NCBI GenBank assembly: GCA_037443705.1 | Contig: JBBINV010000009.1 | Location: forward strand, 8,561-72,560 | Direction: 5' to 3' | From: Betaproteobacteria bacterium | Lineage (GTDB): Bacteria; Pseudomonadota; Gammaproteobacteria; Burkholderiales; SG8-39 | Length of the DNA: 64,000 nt | In this document: in pieces, positions 44,543 through 54,576 of the stretch | How positions within the stretch are numbered: the stretch's first letter is position 1 | How the letters are laid out: every line of letters begins with the position of its first letter | Position numbers and translations under genes: made by a program | The notes under the pieces: model-generated | What the model was told of the DNA's origin: nothing | The model's input: the letters and a program-made list of their open reading frames with translations, nothing else | Database searches by the model: none

Positions 44543-47500
44543 ATGCCCCGAAAAGCAAGCGCGGGCGAGGCCCTTCGGTGCGCGATCGAGCGCGTCGGAG
44601 AGGCGATCTGCCTGTGCGACGCGCAAGACCGCATCGTGTTCGCCAATCGGGCCTTCCGCAGCCTCAACCCGGGGGTCGAGCACCTGATCCGGCCCGGCTG
44701 CCGCTACGAGGAGCACATCCGCGCCGGGATCGCGCTCGGCAACTACCCCGACAAGACCGCCGACCCGGAGCACTGGATCGCCGAGCGCTTCGCGCTGCGG
44801 CGCGCGGGCGGCACGTTCGAGCTGCGCCGGCAGAACGACCGCTGGATCCAGGTGCGCGACGAGCGGCTCCCGGACGGCGGCGTGATCACCGTCTGCATGG
44901 ACGTCACCGAGCGCAAGCGCGCCGAGCAGCGCCTGGCCGAGAGCGAGGCGCGCTTCCGCCAGCTCACCGCGCTCTCCTCTGACTGGTATTGGGAGCAGGA
45001 CGCGCAATTCCGGTTCACCTTCATATCGCAGGAGGTCGGCGAAAAGAGCGGCGTCGGCCACGAGGTGCACCTCGGAAAGGCGCGCTGGGACATCCCGGCG
45101 CTGAACCTCTCCGCCGAGGACTGGGCGAAGCATCGCGCCGCGCTCGAGCGGCACGAGCCGTTCCGCGACTTCGTGATGCGCCGTCCGGATTGCGGCGGGC
45201 GCGAGCGATGGGTCTCCATCAGCGGCGATCCGGTGTTCGACGCGGGCGGGCACTTCACCGGCTACCGAGGCACCGGGCGCGACATCACGGAACAGGTGCT
45301 GCTGGAGCGCACGCTGCGCGAGGCGCAGGCGCGGCTGAGGCTGATCATGGACTCCGTCCCGGCTGGAATGGCCTACGTGGATCGTGACGAGCGGTACCTC
45401 GTCGTGAGCCGCGGTTACGCGGAGATCTACGAGAAGCCCTTCGACGAGATCGTCGGTCGCACGATCCGCGAGTTCGTGGGCGACGAGGTGTACGCGCTCT
45501 CCAGGCCGTACCTGGAGGCCGCCTTCGCGGGGAAGGTGGCACGCTACGAAAGGCAGCTTCGTCGCGGGGACGGCTCGCTGCGCGACATTCGCGTCGAGTA
45601 TGTGGCGCACCGTGATTTCTCCGGGGCGGTGGCGGGGGTATTCGGCCTGATCACCGACCTCACGGAACAGAAGTCCGCGCAGCGCGCGCTCGAGCGCAGC
45701 GAGGCGCGCTTCCGCGACTTTGCGCGCGCCTCGGGCGAATGGTTCTGGGAAACCGACGCCGAGGGCCGGTACACCTGGTTCTCGGAGGAGGTCGAGCGCG
45801 TCACCGGCTTTCCGCGCGAGTGGCACTACGGGAAGTCGCGCGTGGAGCTGGCGACAGCGGCCGGCGCGGATCTGGCGGCCGAGCCGTGGCGCTCGCACCT
45901 CGCGCAGCTTGCGCGGCGCGAGCCGTTTCGCGACTTCGAATTCGTGCGCCGGGCACCCGACGGGCTGCGCTGGATCCGCTCGAGCGGCGTTCCGGTGTTC
46001 GGCGAGAAGGGCGAATTCCGCGGCTACCGCGGCTCGGGCATCGACATCACGGCCCGCGTCGGGCTCGAGCAGCGCCTGCGCGAGGCCGGCGACGAGATCC
46101 GCCGGGCCAAGGCTCGGCTCGACGTGGCGCTTGCCGGGGCGCAGGCGAGCAGCTGGGACATCGACGTGCGCACGGGCGAATGCGTCCTGAGCGAAGGCTG
46201 GGCGGAGCTGCTCGGGCTGCCGCGCCAGCCTACGCGCACGACGGTCGAGGCGCTGCGCGCGCTGCTCGAGCCGGAGGATCGCGAGAGGGCCGGGCGCATC
46301 TCCACGGAAACGATCCGGGGCCTGCGCGAAGACTACACGGTGGAGCACCGCGTGCGCGCCGCCGCCGGCGAGTGGCGCTGGGTGCTCTCGCACGGCCGCA
46401 TCACGGAACGCGACCCGGCGACGGGCCGGGCGCTGCGCATGAGCGGTATCAACCTCGACATCACCGAGCGCAAGCGTGCCGAGGAGCTGCTGCGCGCGGC
46501 CGAGGAGCGGCTGCACCTGGTCGTAGACGGCGTGCCGGTGATGATCTCGCAGTTCGACCGCGACGAGCGCGTGCTCTTCGTCAACCGAGCCGTGTCGCAG
46601 ACCTTCGAGCGCGCGCCCGAGGATTTTGTCGGCAGCACGCTGCGCGAGGCGATCGGCGCGGAGGCCTACGCGGAGGTGCAGCCTCACATCGCGCGCGTGC
46701 TCGCGGGTGAGACGGTCGCCTACGAGCGCGTTCACCGGCGCTCGGACGCAAGCGTGCGCCACCTCGACTTCCGCTTCGTGCCGCAGCGCGACGGCGCGGG
46801 CGCGGTGATCGGCTGGTTCAGCCTCGGGCGCGACGTAACCGAGGAGCGCAGGGCGCTCGAGGCGCTGCGCGAGTCCGAGGCGCGCTACCGGGTGGTGAGC
46901 GAGAGCATGACCGACGGGATCCTGATCCTGCAGGAAGGCCGCTTCCGGCACGTGAACCCCGCCGCGCTCAAGCTCCTCGGCTACGCGCGCGAGGAGCTGA
47001 TCGGCCGCGAGTTCGGGCCGCTGATCCATCCGGACTGGCGCGCGCTCGTCGCCGAGCGCCACCGGCGCAGGAGCGCCGGCGAGACGCCCGAGTCGCGCTA
47101 CGACATCCAGGTGCTGACGCGTGCCGGGGCCGCGCTCTGGGTGCAGATCTCGAGCGAGCGCATCGAATGGGAAGGGCGCCCGGCGGTCCTCACCCTCCTT
47201 TCCGACATCGGCGCGCGCAAGAAGGCCGAGGAGGAGATCCGCGCGCTCAACGAGTCGCTCGAGCAGCGCGTTCGCAGCCGCACCGCCGAGCTCGAGGCGG
47301 CGCTGAGCGAGCTGGAGGCGTTCTCGTACTCGGTGTCGCACGACCTGAGGGCGCCGCTGCGGGCGATCAGCGGATTTGCGCGCATGGTGAACGAGGACGA
47401 GGGCGAGCGCCTGAGCGCAGAGGGCCGGCGCAAGCTCGGCGTGGTCGAGGCGAACGCGCGCAAGATGGGGATCCTGGTCGACGACCTGCTCGCGCTCGCG

Positions 47501-47965
47501 CGGCTGAGCCAGGCCAAGCTGCGGCGCGAGCGCCTGGACATGCAGGCGCTCGCGGTCTCGGTCGCGGAGGAGCTCGGTCCCGCCTCGCCGCGCGCGCGCG
47601 TCGACGTGGCCGGCCTTCCTCCGGCGCAGGGCGACGCGACGCTGGTGCGCCAGGCGCTCTTCAACCTCGTGGACAACGCGCTCAAGTACTCGTCGCGCGC
47701 GGCCGAGCCGCGGGTGGAGATCGGCTGGAGCGAGGAGGCGCGCGCGTACTTCGTGCGCGACAACGGCGTCGGCTTCGACATGGCGTACGCGGGCAAGCTC
47801 TTCGGCACCTTCGAGCGGCTGCACCCCGAGACCGAGTTTCCGGGGAGCGGGATCGGGCTCGCGATCGTGAAGCGCGTGCTCGAGCGCCACGGCGGCCGCG
47901 TGTGGGCCGAGGGCGCCCCCGAGGCGGGCGCCACGTTCTACTTCACGTTGCCTTCGCAGCCCTGA
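44543..47965 (+). CDS. cytoplasmic multi-PAS sensor histidine kinase
   Basis: about seven PAS repeats, FSYSVSHDLRAPL, NLVDNALKY, RDNGVGF, GIGLA. Confidence 0.93.
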   Translation: MPRKASAGEALRCAIERVGEAICLCDAQDRIVFANRAFRSLNPGVEHLIRPGCRYEEHIRAGIALGNYPDKTADPEHWIAERFALRRAGGTFELRRQNDRWIQVRDERLPDGGVITVCMDVTERKRAEQRLAESEARFRQLTALSSDWYWEQDAQFRFTFISQEVGEKSGVGHEVHLGKARWDIPALNLSAEDWAKHRAALERHEPFRDFVMRRPDCGGRERWVSISGDPVFDAGGHFTGYRGTGRDITEQVLLERTLREAQARLRLIMDSVPAGMAYVDRDERYLVVSRGYAEIYEKPFDEIVGRTIREFVGDEVYALSRPYLEAAFAGKVARYERQLRRGDGSLRDIRVEYVAHRDFSGAVAGVFGLITDLTEQKSAQRALERSEARFRDFARASGEWFWETDAEGRYTWFSEEVERVTGFPREWHYGKSRVELATAAGADLAAEPWRSHLAQLARREPFRDFEFVRRAPDGLRWIRSSGVPVFGEKGEFRGYRGSGIDITARVGLEQRLREAGDEIRRAKARLDVALAGAQASSWDIDVRTGECVLSEGWAELLGLPRQPTRTTVEALRALLEPEDRERAGRISTETIRGLREDYTVEHRVRAAAGEWRWVLSHGRITERDPATGRALRMSGINLDITERKRAEELLRAAEERLHLVVDGVPVMISQFDRDERVLFVNRAVSQTFERAPEDFVGSTLREAIGAEAYAEVQPHIARVLAGETVAYERVHRRSDASVRHLDFRFVPQRDGAGAVIGWFSLGRDVTEERRALEALRESEARYRVVSESMTDGILILQEGRFRHVNPAALKLLGYAREELIGREFGPLIHPDWRALVAERHRRRSAGETPESRYDIQVLTRAGAALWVQISSERIEWEGRPAVLTLLSDIGARKKAEEEIRALNESLEQRVRSRTAELEAALSELEAFSYSVSHDLRAPLRAISGFARMVNEDEGERLSAEGRRKLGVVEANARKMGILVDDLLALARLSQAKLRRERLDMQALAVSVAEELGPASPRARVDVAGLPPAQGDATLVRQALFNLVDNALKYSSRAAEPRVEIGWSEEARAYFVRDNGVGFDMAYAGKLFGTFERLHPETEFPGSGIGLAIVKRVLERHGGRVWAEGAPEAGATFYFTLPSQP

Positions 47966-49691
47966 GCAGCTCGAGGATTCCTTCGCCGAGCACGATCGCG
48001 ACGCGGTCGCCGTAGCGCGCCAGCGCGCGCTGCAGGCGCTCCAGCTCGCGATGTTCGCACTCGCGCAGGTTCTCTATCGCGAGCACGAGCCGCGTCTGCG
48101 GCCGCACGAGGAGCCCGCGCACCCTGCGCCGCAGGCGGCGCGCGAGCGCCCGGTCGAGCGGCTGCGTGACCCTTACGGGGATACGCTCGCCGGGCTCCGC
48201 GGCGAGGGAGCGGAAATGCCGGTCCGCGTAGTCGCGCATCGCGAGGCCCGCGATCCAGTCGTTCATCGCCTGCGCGAGCAGCCTCGGCCGCCCGAGCGGA
48301 AGGCTGCGCGCGAAATGCCAGGCCCGGCCGAGACCGCCGCGCACGATGCCGCGGCGAAGGAGGTTCCAGACCAGCTGCGCCGCTTCACCGGCGGACTCGC
48401 GCTCGAGGCGCGCCGCGGCGCCGAAATGGCGGAGCTTCCTGCGGATCCGCTCGGCGATCGCCCCGTCCGCGAGCAGGTCGCGGTACAGGCGCTGCAAGCC
48501 CTCGATCATCTCCGCCGCGGTCATGCCCTTCGGAACGATATTGGTGCGCAGCTTCGTGTTGTCGCCGTGCGGCGCGCCCTCGATCAGGCGTCCTTCCTTC
48601 TTCAGGCGCTCGAACAGCGGGGTGCGTGGCAGCGCGGTGAGCAGGCCCACCATCGCCACCATGATTCCCGAGTCGAGGATGAAGCGCTTCTGCGCGCCGA
48701 AGGTGCGCGGCGTATCCCGGTCGAACCCCACGATGAAGCCGGCGAGGATGTCGATGCCGTGGGCATAGATGCGGCGCACCGCCGCCAGCATGTCGCGGCC
48801 GCAGTTCTGGGTCTTTTTCGCCTCGCGCAGCGCCTCGGGATCGGGCGTCTCGAGGCCGAGGAACACCCACTCGAACCCCGCCTCGCGCATCAGCCGCATC
48901 AGCTCCTCGTCCGCCGCGAGGTTGAGCGAGGCCTCGGTGCCGAAGCGAAGGCGCCGCCCGTGGCGCGCCTGGTAATCGGCGAGATACCGCAGCGTCTCCT
49001 TCGCGCGCGCGGGGTTGCCGATGAAGTTGTCGTCCACGAAGAACACCTTGCGCGCGCCCTGCCGCCTGAGCGCGTCGAGCTCCCGGCCGATCTGTGCCGT
49101 GCCCTTGTAGCGCGGCCGCCGGCCGAACATGACGACGATGTCGCAGAACTCGCACCGGTAGGGGCAGCCGCGCGAGAGCTGCAGCGTCGCGGTCGCGTAG
49201 CGATCGAGCCTGAGCAGGTCGAAGCGCGGAACCGGCGAATCGGCAAGATCGACGTGCCCGGTCTCGCGGTAGAGCGGCTGCGCGGCGCCGCGCTCGAGAT
49301 CGGCGCAAAAGCGCCGCCAGATGTACTCGGCCTCGCCGGCGACCACAGCGTCGGCGATCCCGGCGTACTCTTCCGGACAGAGCGAGGCATAGCTGCCGCC
49401 CGCGACCGTGAAATATCCGGCGTCGCGGTAGTAGCGCAGCAGCTGCTTCTGGCGCGCCGACTGCACGCCCATGCCGCAGATGCCGACCAGGTCCGCTTCC
49501 GGCCTGAGCGGCAGCGGCTCCACGTTCTCGTCCACGATCGTCACCTGCCAGTGCGGCGGGCAGAGCGCGGCGAGCGTCGCGAGACCGAGAGGCGGATTGA
49601 GTGCGCGCTTGCCCGGCAGCACCTCCTCCACGGCCCAGCGGAAGCTCCAGAAGCTCTCGGGCAGCCTCGGGTTGACGAGCAGGAGGCGCAT
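47943..49691 (-). CDS. B12-binding radical SAM protein (DUF4070-type C-terminus)
   Basis: PPLGLATLA, AGGSYAS, SRGCPYRCEFC, FFVDDNF. Confidence 0.92.
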   Translation of the reverse strand: MRLLLVNPRLPESFWSFRWAVEEVLPGKRALNPPLGLATLAALCPPHWQVTIVDENVEPLPLRPEADLVGICGMGVQSARQKQLLRYYRDAGYFTVAGGSYASLCPEEYAGIADAVVAGEAEYIWRRFCADLERGAAQPLYRETGHVDLADSPVPRFDLLRLDRYATATLQLSRGCPYRCEFCDIVVMFGRRPRYKGTAQIGRELDALRRQGARKVFFVDDNFIGNPARAKETLRYLADYQARHGRRLRFGTEASLNLAADEELMRLMREAGFEWVFLGLETPDPEALREAKKTQNCGRDMLAAVRRIYAHGIDILAGFIVGFDRDTPRTFGAQKRFILDSGIMVAMVGLLTALPRTPLFERLKKEGRLIEGAPHGDNTKLRTNIVPKGMTAAEMIEGLQRLYRDLLADGAIAERIRRKLRHFGAAARLERESAGEAAQLVWNLLRRGIVRGGLGRAWHFARSLPLGRPRLLAQAMNDWIAGLAMRDYADRHFRSLAAEPGERIPVRVTQPLDRALARRLRRRVRGLLVRPQTRLVLAIENLRECEHRELERLQRALARYGDRVAIVLGEGILELLRAAKAT

Positions 49692-49737
49692 GAAGCGGCC
49701 ACCCTAGGCGCGCGCGCGCCGGTGCGCCAGCGCGCCT

Positions 49738-49751
49738 TTGACCCAGGTCAA
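49738..49751. promoter_or_regulatory. FNR-type box
   Basis: TTGAC-CCAG-GTCAA about 50 bp upstream of the radical SAM gene. Confidence 0.7.
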
Positions 49752-49790
49752 TTCAGAGCAGCCGAAGGAATCGCTTCATGACGCCCCTGC

Positions 49791-50177
49791 TCAGCCCGGA
49801 ACCGAAATTTCTATCAGATTCAGGTCCGGGTCGCGGACGTAGACCGAGCGGATCGGCCCGGTGGCGCCCGTTTTCATGACCGGCCCCTCGACGATCGCCA
49901 CGCCTCGCTCTTCGAGCCGCTCGATGACTTCTTCCAGCGGAACTCCGGCGATGAAGCACAGGTCGAGCGTTCCCGGCGCCGCGACGTGCGCGCGCGGGCT
50001 GAACTCCCGGCCCCACTCGTGGAGGTTGATCTTCTGGTTGCCGAACTTGAGCGCCCAGCGCGTCTCGGTGGGCGTCTCGAACGATTCCAGCTTCATGCCG
50101 AGGACCTCGGAATAAAAGCGGACGCACCCCTCGCGGTCGCGCGTCGTGAGAACGATGTGGTCGATGCGGTCGATCAT
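49791..50177 (-). CDS. VOC family protein
   Basis: IDHIVLT, FGNQKINLH, DLCFI, SVYVRDPDLNLIE. Confidence 0.93.
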   Translation of the reverse strand: MIDRIDHIVLTTRDREGCVRFYSEVLGMKLESFETPTETRWALKFGNQKINLHEWGREFSPRAHVAAPGTLDLCFIAGVPLEEVIERLEERGVAIVEGPVMKTGATGPIRSVYVRDPDLNLIEISVPG

Positions 50178-50189
50178 TGCGGTCCTTCC

Positions 50190-50324
50190 TCAAGCCGCTG
50201 CCGCGAGCAGCTCTTCCGGCAGCGCGATCACTTTCCTGCCGAGCGAGCGGCGGTGCGCTTCGGCCCGCCGCTTCAGCCAGCGGTGAAGGTCGCGGGGGAG
50301 GTCTCGAAGGGTAACGGCAGGCAC
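50190..50324 (-). CDS. 44-aa Arc/FitA-like RHH antitoxin remnant (below the ORF track cutoff)
   Basis: MPAVTLRDLPRDLHRWLKRRAEAHRRSLGRKVIAL; upstream palindrome GATGTCA-CAA-TGATATC at 50346-50362. Confidence 0.65.
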   Translation of the reverse strand: MPAVTLRDLPRDLHRWLKRRAEAHRRSLGRKVIALPEELLAAAA

Positions 50325-50385
50325 GTCCCGGTCCTCTTCCGAGAGATGTCACAATGATATCGCCTCGACATCACCGGTCGAACCG

Positions 50386-51573
50386 CTACACCACTCCCTC
50401 CCTGCGGAGCTCCGAAATGTCCGAAGCGGTATAGCCCAGCTCGCGCAGAACCTCGTCCGTATGCTCGCCGAGCTTCGGTGCGGGCGAGCGCAGCCCCCCG
50501 GGCGTGGCGGAGAGCTTCGGCACGATGCCCGGCTGCCTGAGCGGCTCGCCGTCGCCCGCGATCGAATCCACGAGCATGCCGCGCGCCGCGTAGTGCGGAT
50601 CCGCCGCGATGTCGGCGGCGCTGTAGATACGCCCCGCGGGGACTTCGGCTTTTTCCATTTCACGAAGAACGTGCTCCTGCGAAAACCGGGAAGTCCATTG
50701 CGCTATCGCCGTGTCTATCCGCTCCATCTGCGCCGCGCGGCCATCGTTGCGCGCGAGCGCCGGGTCGTCGCGCAGGTCTGTCCGCCCGATCGCGGTCATG
50801 AGCCTCCGGTAGAGGCTGTCGGCGTTGCCCGCGATCAGCACCCAGCTCCCGTCCTCGCAGGGATAGATGTTCGAGGGCGCGATCCCGGGGAGCGCGCTGC
50901 CCGAGCGCTCGCGCACGAACCGCTGCGCGTCGTATTCCGGAAGGAGGCTCTCCATTCAATTGAACATCGCTTCATACAGCGCGACGTCCACCACCTGCCC
51001 GCGTCCGGTCTTGTCGGCCTCGCGCAGCGCGAGCAGCGCGCCGAGCGCGCCGTGCAGCGAAGCGATCGTGTCGCCGATCGAGAGGTTCGGGCGCGCCGGC
51101 GGCCGGTCGGGAAACCCGGTGATGTAGCGAAAGCCGGCGAACGCTTCCGCGATCGCGGCGAATCCGGGCCGGTCGCGGTAGGGCCCGCTCTGTCCATAGC
51201 CCGAGATGCGCACCAGCACCAGCCCCGGATTCTCGCGCGAGAGCGCCTCCCAGCCGAGGTTCCAGCGCTCCAGCGCCCCGGGGCGGAAGTTCTCGACCAC
51301 GATGTGCGAGCGCCGCGCAAGCCGCCGCACGATCTCCTGGCCTTCGGGCTTGCGCAGATCCGCGGTGACCGAGCGCTTGTTGCGCGACTGCACCTGCCAC
51401 CACAGCGACGTGCCGTTGCGCAGCTTGCGCCAGCGGCGCAGCGGATCGCCCTCGCCCGGCGGCTCGATCTTCACGACGTCGGCGCCGAAGTCGGCCAGCG
51501 TCTTCGCGCAGAACGGGCCCGCGACCAGCGTGCCGAGCTCGAGCACGCGCACGCCGCGAAGCGGCGCATTCAT
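50386..51573 (-). pseudogene. CaiB/BaiF CoA transferase interrupted by an in-frame TGA at 50956-50958
   Basis: two abutting ORFs in the same frame: ..YEAMFN*MESLLPEY. Confidence 0.8.
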
Positions 51574-52025
51574 TTTCGCCTCAACAATCTCAAGGGGTTG
51601 TATTCGAGGACGGTCTCGCCGCGCTGGTTGATCACCTTGTTGCCGAAGCGCACGAGGCCGCGGTCGCCCTTCGAGGTGAGGCGCGCCTCCAGCACCTCGA
51701 CCTCGACGTGGATCGTGTCGCCTACCAGCGTAGGTCCCCTGACGTCGAGAGTGGCGTTGAGGAACGCGAGCCCCGTGTCCTGCATGGCGGGCAGCAGCAG
51801 CCCCTCGGCGAACGCGTAGACGAGCGCTCCGGGCACGGCGCGACCCTTGATCGCGCGCCCCGTGTCGTCCGCGACCGCGAACAGCTCCTCGGTTAGCCAG
51901 GTGAGGTTGACGAAATTCGAGAGATCGGCCTCGCCGATCGTGCGGCGGTGAGTGCGGAAGCGAAAGCCGGGCTTCAGGTCCTCGTAGGCGAAGCCCCGCC
52001 CCACCACCGGAACGGACTCGCTCAT
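51570..52025 (-). CDS. MaoC-like dehydratase
   Basis: RRTIGEAD..F, GRAVPG, VGDTIHV, VINQRGE. Confidence 0.85.
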   Translation of the reverse strand: MSESVPVVGRGFAYEDLKPGFRFRTHRRTIGEADLSNFVNLTWLTEELFAVADDTGRAIKGRAVPGALVYAFAEGLLLPAMQDTGLAFLNATLDVRGPTLVGDTIHVEVEVLEARLTSKGDRGLVRFGNKVINQRGETVLEYNPLRLLRRK

Positions 52026-52276
52026 GCGAGCACCAGAAACCGGGACAGACCCGGATTTCGGCCGATCACATGCCCAATGCTGGAAATCCGGGTCTGTCCC
52101 GTTTTTTCCGGTTTTTCCATGATGGCGCCACCGTGCAGCACGCCGCCTTCGGTGCAGAGCTGCTGCTTCACCTCGAGCCTCGCCTTGACGCACTCCGGCG
52201 TGACCTCCACGAGCTCCGGCCCGATCAGATCCGGGAACAATCCCTTCATCCGTTCCTGCAGCGTCGCGGCGTTCAT
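52022..52276 (-). pseudogene. PaaI thioesterase truncated by a palindromic element
   Basis: homology ends right after GGVLHGGAIM where the repeat begins. Confidence 0.75.
52041..52101. repeat. palindrome (family B-related, CGGGACAGACCC)
   Basis: perfect 19-bp arms CGGGACAGACCCGGATTTC / GAAATCCGGGTCTGTCCCG. Confidence 0.85.
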
Positions 52277-52285
52277 TCTTGCTCC

Positions 52286-53425
52286 TCAATACGATTTCGG
52301 AAGCCCGAGCGCGCGCTCGGCGATGTAGCACAGGATCATCTGCGGGCTCACCGGCGCGATCCGGCCCACGAGCGATTCCCTGAGGTAGCGCTCGACGTGG
52401 TACTCCTTCGCGTAGCCGAAGCCGCCGTGCGTCATCACCGCCTGCTGGCAGGCATCGAACGCCGCCTCGGCCGCGAGGTACTTGGCCGCGTTCGCCTCCG
52501 CGCCGCAGGGCTTGTCGCGATCGTAGAGCCAGGCGGCCTTGAACACCATGAGGTTGGCCGCCTCGAGCGCCATCCAGTTCGCGGCAAGCGGATGCTGAAT
52601 GCCCTGGTTCCGGCCGATCGGGCGGTCGAACACGACACGCTCCCGGGCGTACTTCGCGGCGCGCGCGAGCGCGCAGCGCCCCAGCCCCACCGACTCGGCG
52701 GCGATCAGGATGCGCTCCGGATTCATGCCGTGCAGGATGCACTCGAAGCCCCTGCCTTCCTCGCCGATGCGGTCGGCCTCCGGCACCGGCAGTCCGTCGA
52801 AGAACACCTGGTTCGAGTCGACCGCGTGCCGGCCCATCTTCTCGATCTCGCGCACCTCGATGTAGCGCCGGTCGAAGTCGGTGTAAAAGAGCGTCAGCCC
52901 GGCCTCGGCGCGCGCGAGCAGCAGCACTTTCTCCGCGACCTGCGCGGTGGAGATCCACACCTTTTGCCCGGAGACGACGTAGGTGTCGCCGCGCTTCTCG
53001 GCCTTCACCTTTATCTTTCTCGTATTGAGGCCGGTGTCCGGCTCGGTGACGGCGAAGCAGGCGCGCTCCCTTCCCGCGATCAGCGGCGGAAGCATTCTTT
53101 GTTTCTGACTCTCGCTTCCGAAGACCACGACCGGATTCAGGCCGAAGATGTTCATGTGAACGGCAGACGCCCCGGAAAAGCCCGCGCCCGACTCGGCGAT
53201 CGCCTGCATCATCACCGCGGCCTCGCTGATGCCCAGGCCGGCGCCGCCGTAGCGCTCGGGCATCGCGATCCCGAGCCAGCCGTCGCGCGCGAGCGCCTGG
53301 TGGAGCTCCGCCGGGAAGCCGCCTTCCCTGTCCTTCTTCAGCCAGTAGTCGTCGCCGAAGCGTTCGCAGAGCCTGGCGACGGCCTCACGGATGCGCTCCT
53401 GCTCGGGGGTGAACGCGAAGTCCAT
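52286..53425 (-). CDS. acyl-CoA dehydrogenase
   Basis: FAVTEPDTG, GQKVWIS, RVVFDRPIG, HGGFGY. Confidence 0.95.
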   Translation of the reverse strand: MDFAFTPEQERIREAVARLCERFGDDYWLKKDREGGFPAELHQALARDGWLGIAMPERYGGAGLGISEAAVMMQAIAESGAGFSGASAVHMNIFGLNPVVVFGSESQKQRMLPPLIAGRERACFAVTEPDTGLNTRKIKVKAEKRGDTYVVSGQKVWISTAQVAEKVLLLARAEAGLTLFYTDFDRRYIEVREIEKMGRHAVDSNQVFFDGLPVPEADRIGEEGRGFECILHGMNPERILIAAESVGLGRCALARAAKYARERVVFDRPIGRNQGIQHPLAANWMALEAANLMVFKAAWLYDRDKPCGAEANAAKYLAAEAAFDACQQAVMTHGGFGYAKEYHVERYLRESLVGRIAPVSPQMILCYIAERALGLPKSY

Positions 53426-54576
53426 CAGTTCGCCACCGCGCCGCAGCGAACGAGATCCGAGATCCCGGCGTCGTCGAAGCCGAGCTCGACCAGGATCTCG
53501 CGCGTGTGCTCGCCCCGGGCCGGCGCCCCGCGGCGGATGCAGCTGCCGGGGCGGCCCTCGGCGTGCACCGGAAAGCGCGCGAAGCGCTCGCGGCCGGCCG
53601 CGGCCACGTCCGCGCGCGCGCGGATCTGCTCGAGCTCCGCCGCCTGCGCCGGCGTGAGGCACAGATCCACGGGCACGTCATTTGCCTCGAGCAGCCGCAC
53701 CCACTCCTGCGCGCTTTTCCCGCGAATCACTTCCGCGAGGCGCGCGGAAAGCGCGTCGCCGTTCGCGCGCCGGAGCGCGTCCGTCGCATACGTCTCCCCG
53801 GCGAGATCGGAGGCGAAGCCCGCCACGCAGCGTACGAACTTCTCCCAGAAGTGCTGCTCGAGGATCCCGAGCGTGATGCGGGCGCCGTCGGCGGTCTCGA
53901 AGACGTCGTTCACCGGGAAGATGTGCGCGCGCGGGTCCACGCCCGGGTCCAGGCCGTGGCGCATCGCCGCCCAGAAGAACGCCGCCTCGAAAAGAGAGAG
54001 ATCCACCGCGGTTCCGCGGCCCGTCCGTTCCCTTTCGTACAGTCCGGCCAGCACCGCGATCGCCGCGAACGATCCGCCTCCCATGTCGGCGATCGGGAGC
54101 GACGAGCGCACCGGCGGCCTGAGCCACTGGCCGGGGAACGCGAGCCCGCCTGCGGCGGCCACGTAGTTCACGTCGTGCCCCGGCCGCTCGCGCCACGGCC
54201 CGGTCTGGCCGTAGCCCGAGATCGAGCAGCACACGAGCGCGCCGTTGTAGGCGCGCAGCGTCTCGGCGTCGATCCCGAGGCGCTTCGCCACGCCCGGCCG
54301 AAAGCCCTCGATCACGACGTCGGACTGCCGGGAGAGTTTTTCCACTATCGACCGGGAGGAAGGGTTCTTGAGATCCAGGGCAAGGCTCCTCTTGTTCCGG
54401 TTCTCGTTCCGGAACTGCACCGGAATGTACGTGCGCCCCGGGTCGCCGCCGATCGCCTCGACCTTGATCACGTCCGCGCCCAGGTCGGCGAGGATCGCAG
54501 AGCAGAAAGGCCCGGGCACGAACATCGAGAAGTCCACGACGCGGACGCCGGCGAGCGGCTGCCAGGGCTCACGCAT
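53425..54576 (-). CDS. CaiB/BaiF CoA transferase
   Basis: PGPFCS..LADLGADVIKVE, NRNKRS, EGFRPG, GHDVNY. Confidence 0.93.
   Translation of the reverse strand: MREPWQPLAGVRVVDFSMFVPGPFCSAILADLGADVIKVEAIGGDPGRTYIPVQFRNENRNKRSLALDLKNPSSRSIVEKLSRQSDVVIEGFRPGVAKRLGIDAETLRAYNGALVCCSISGYGQTGPWRERPGHDVNYVAAAGGLAFPGQWLRPPVRSSLPIADMGGGSFAAIAVLAGLYERERTGRGTAVDLSLFEAAFFWAAMRHGLDPGVDPRAHIFPVNDVFETADGARITLGILEQHFWEKFVRCVAGFASDLAGETYATDALRRANGDALSARLAEVIRGKSAQEWVRLLEANDVPVDLCLTPAQAAELEQIRARADVAAAGRERFARFPVHAEGRPGSCIRRGAPARGEHTREILVELGFDDAGISDLVRCGAVAN

Noticed and set aside
47943-49691. RiPP cluster around the B12-radical SAM gene
   Set aside because: No precursor peptide, peptidase or transporter adjacent; the enzyme looks stand-alone
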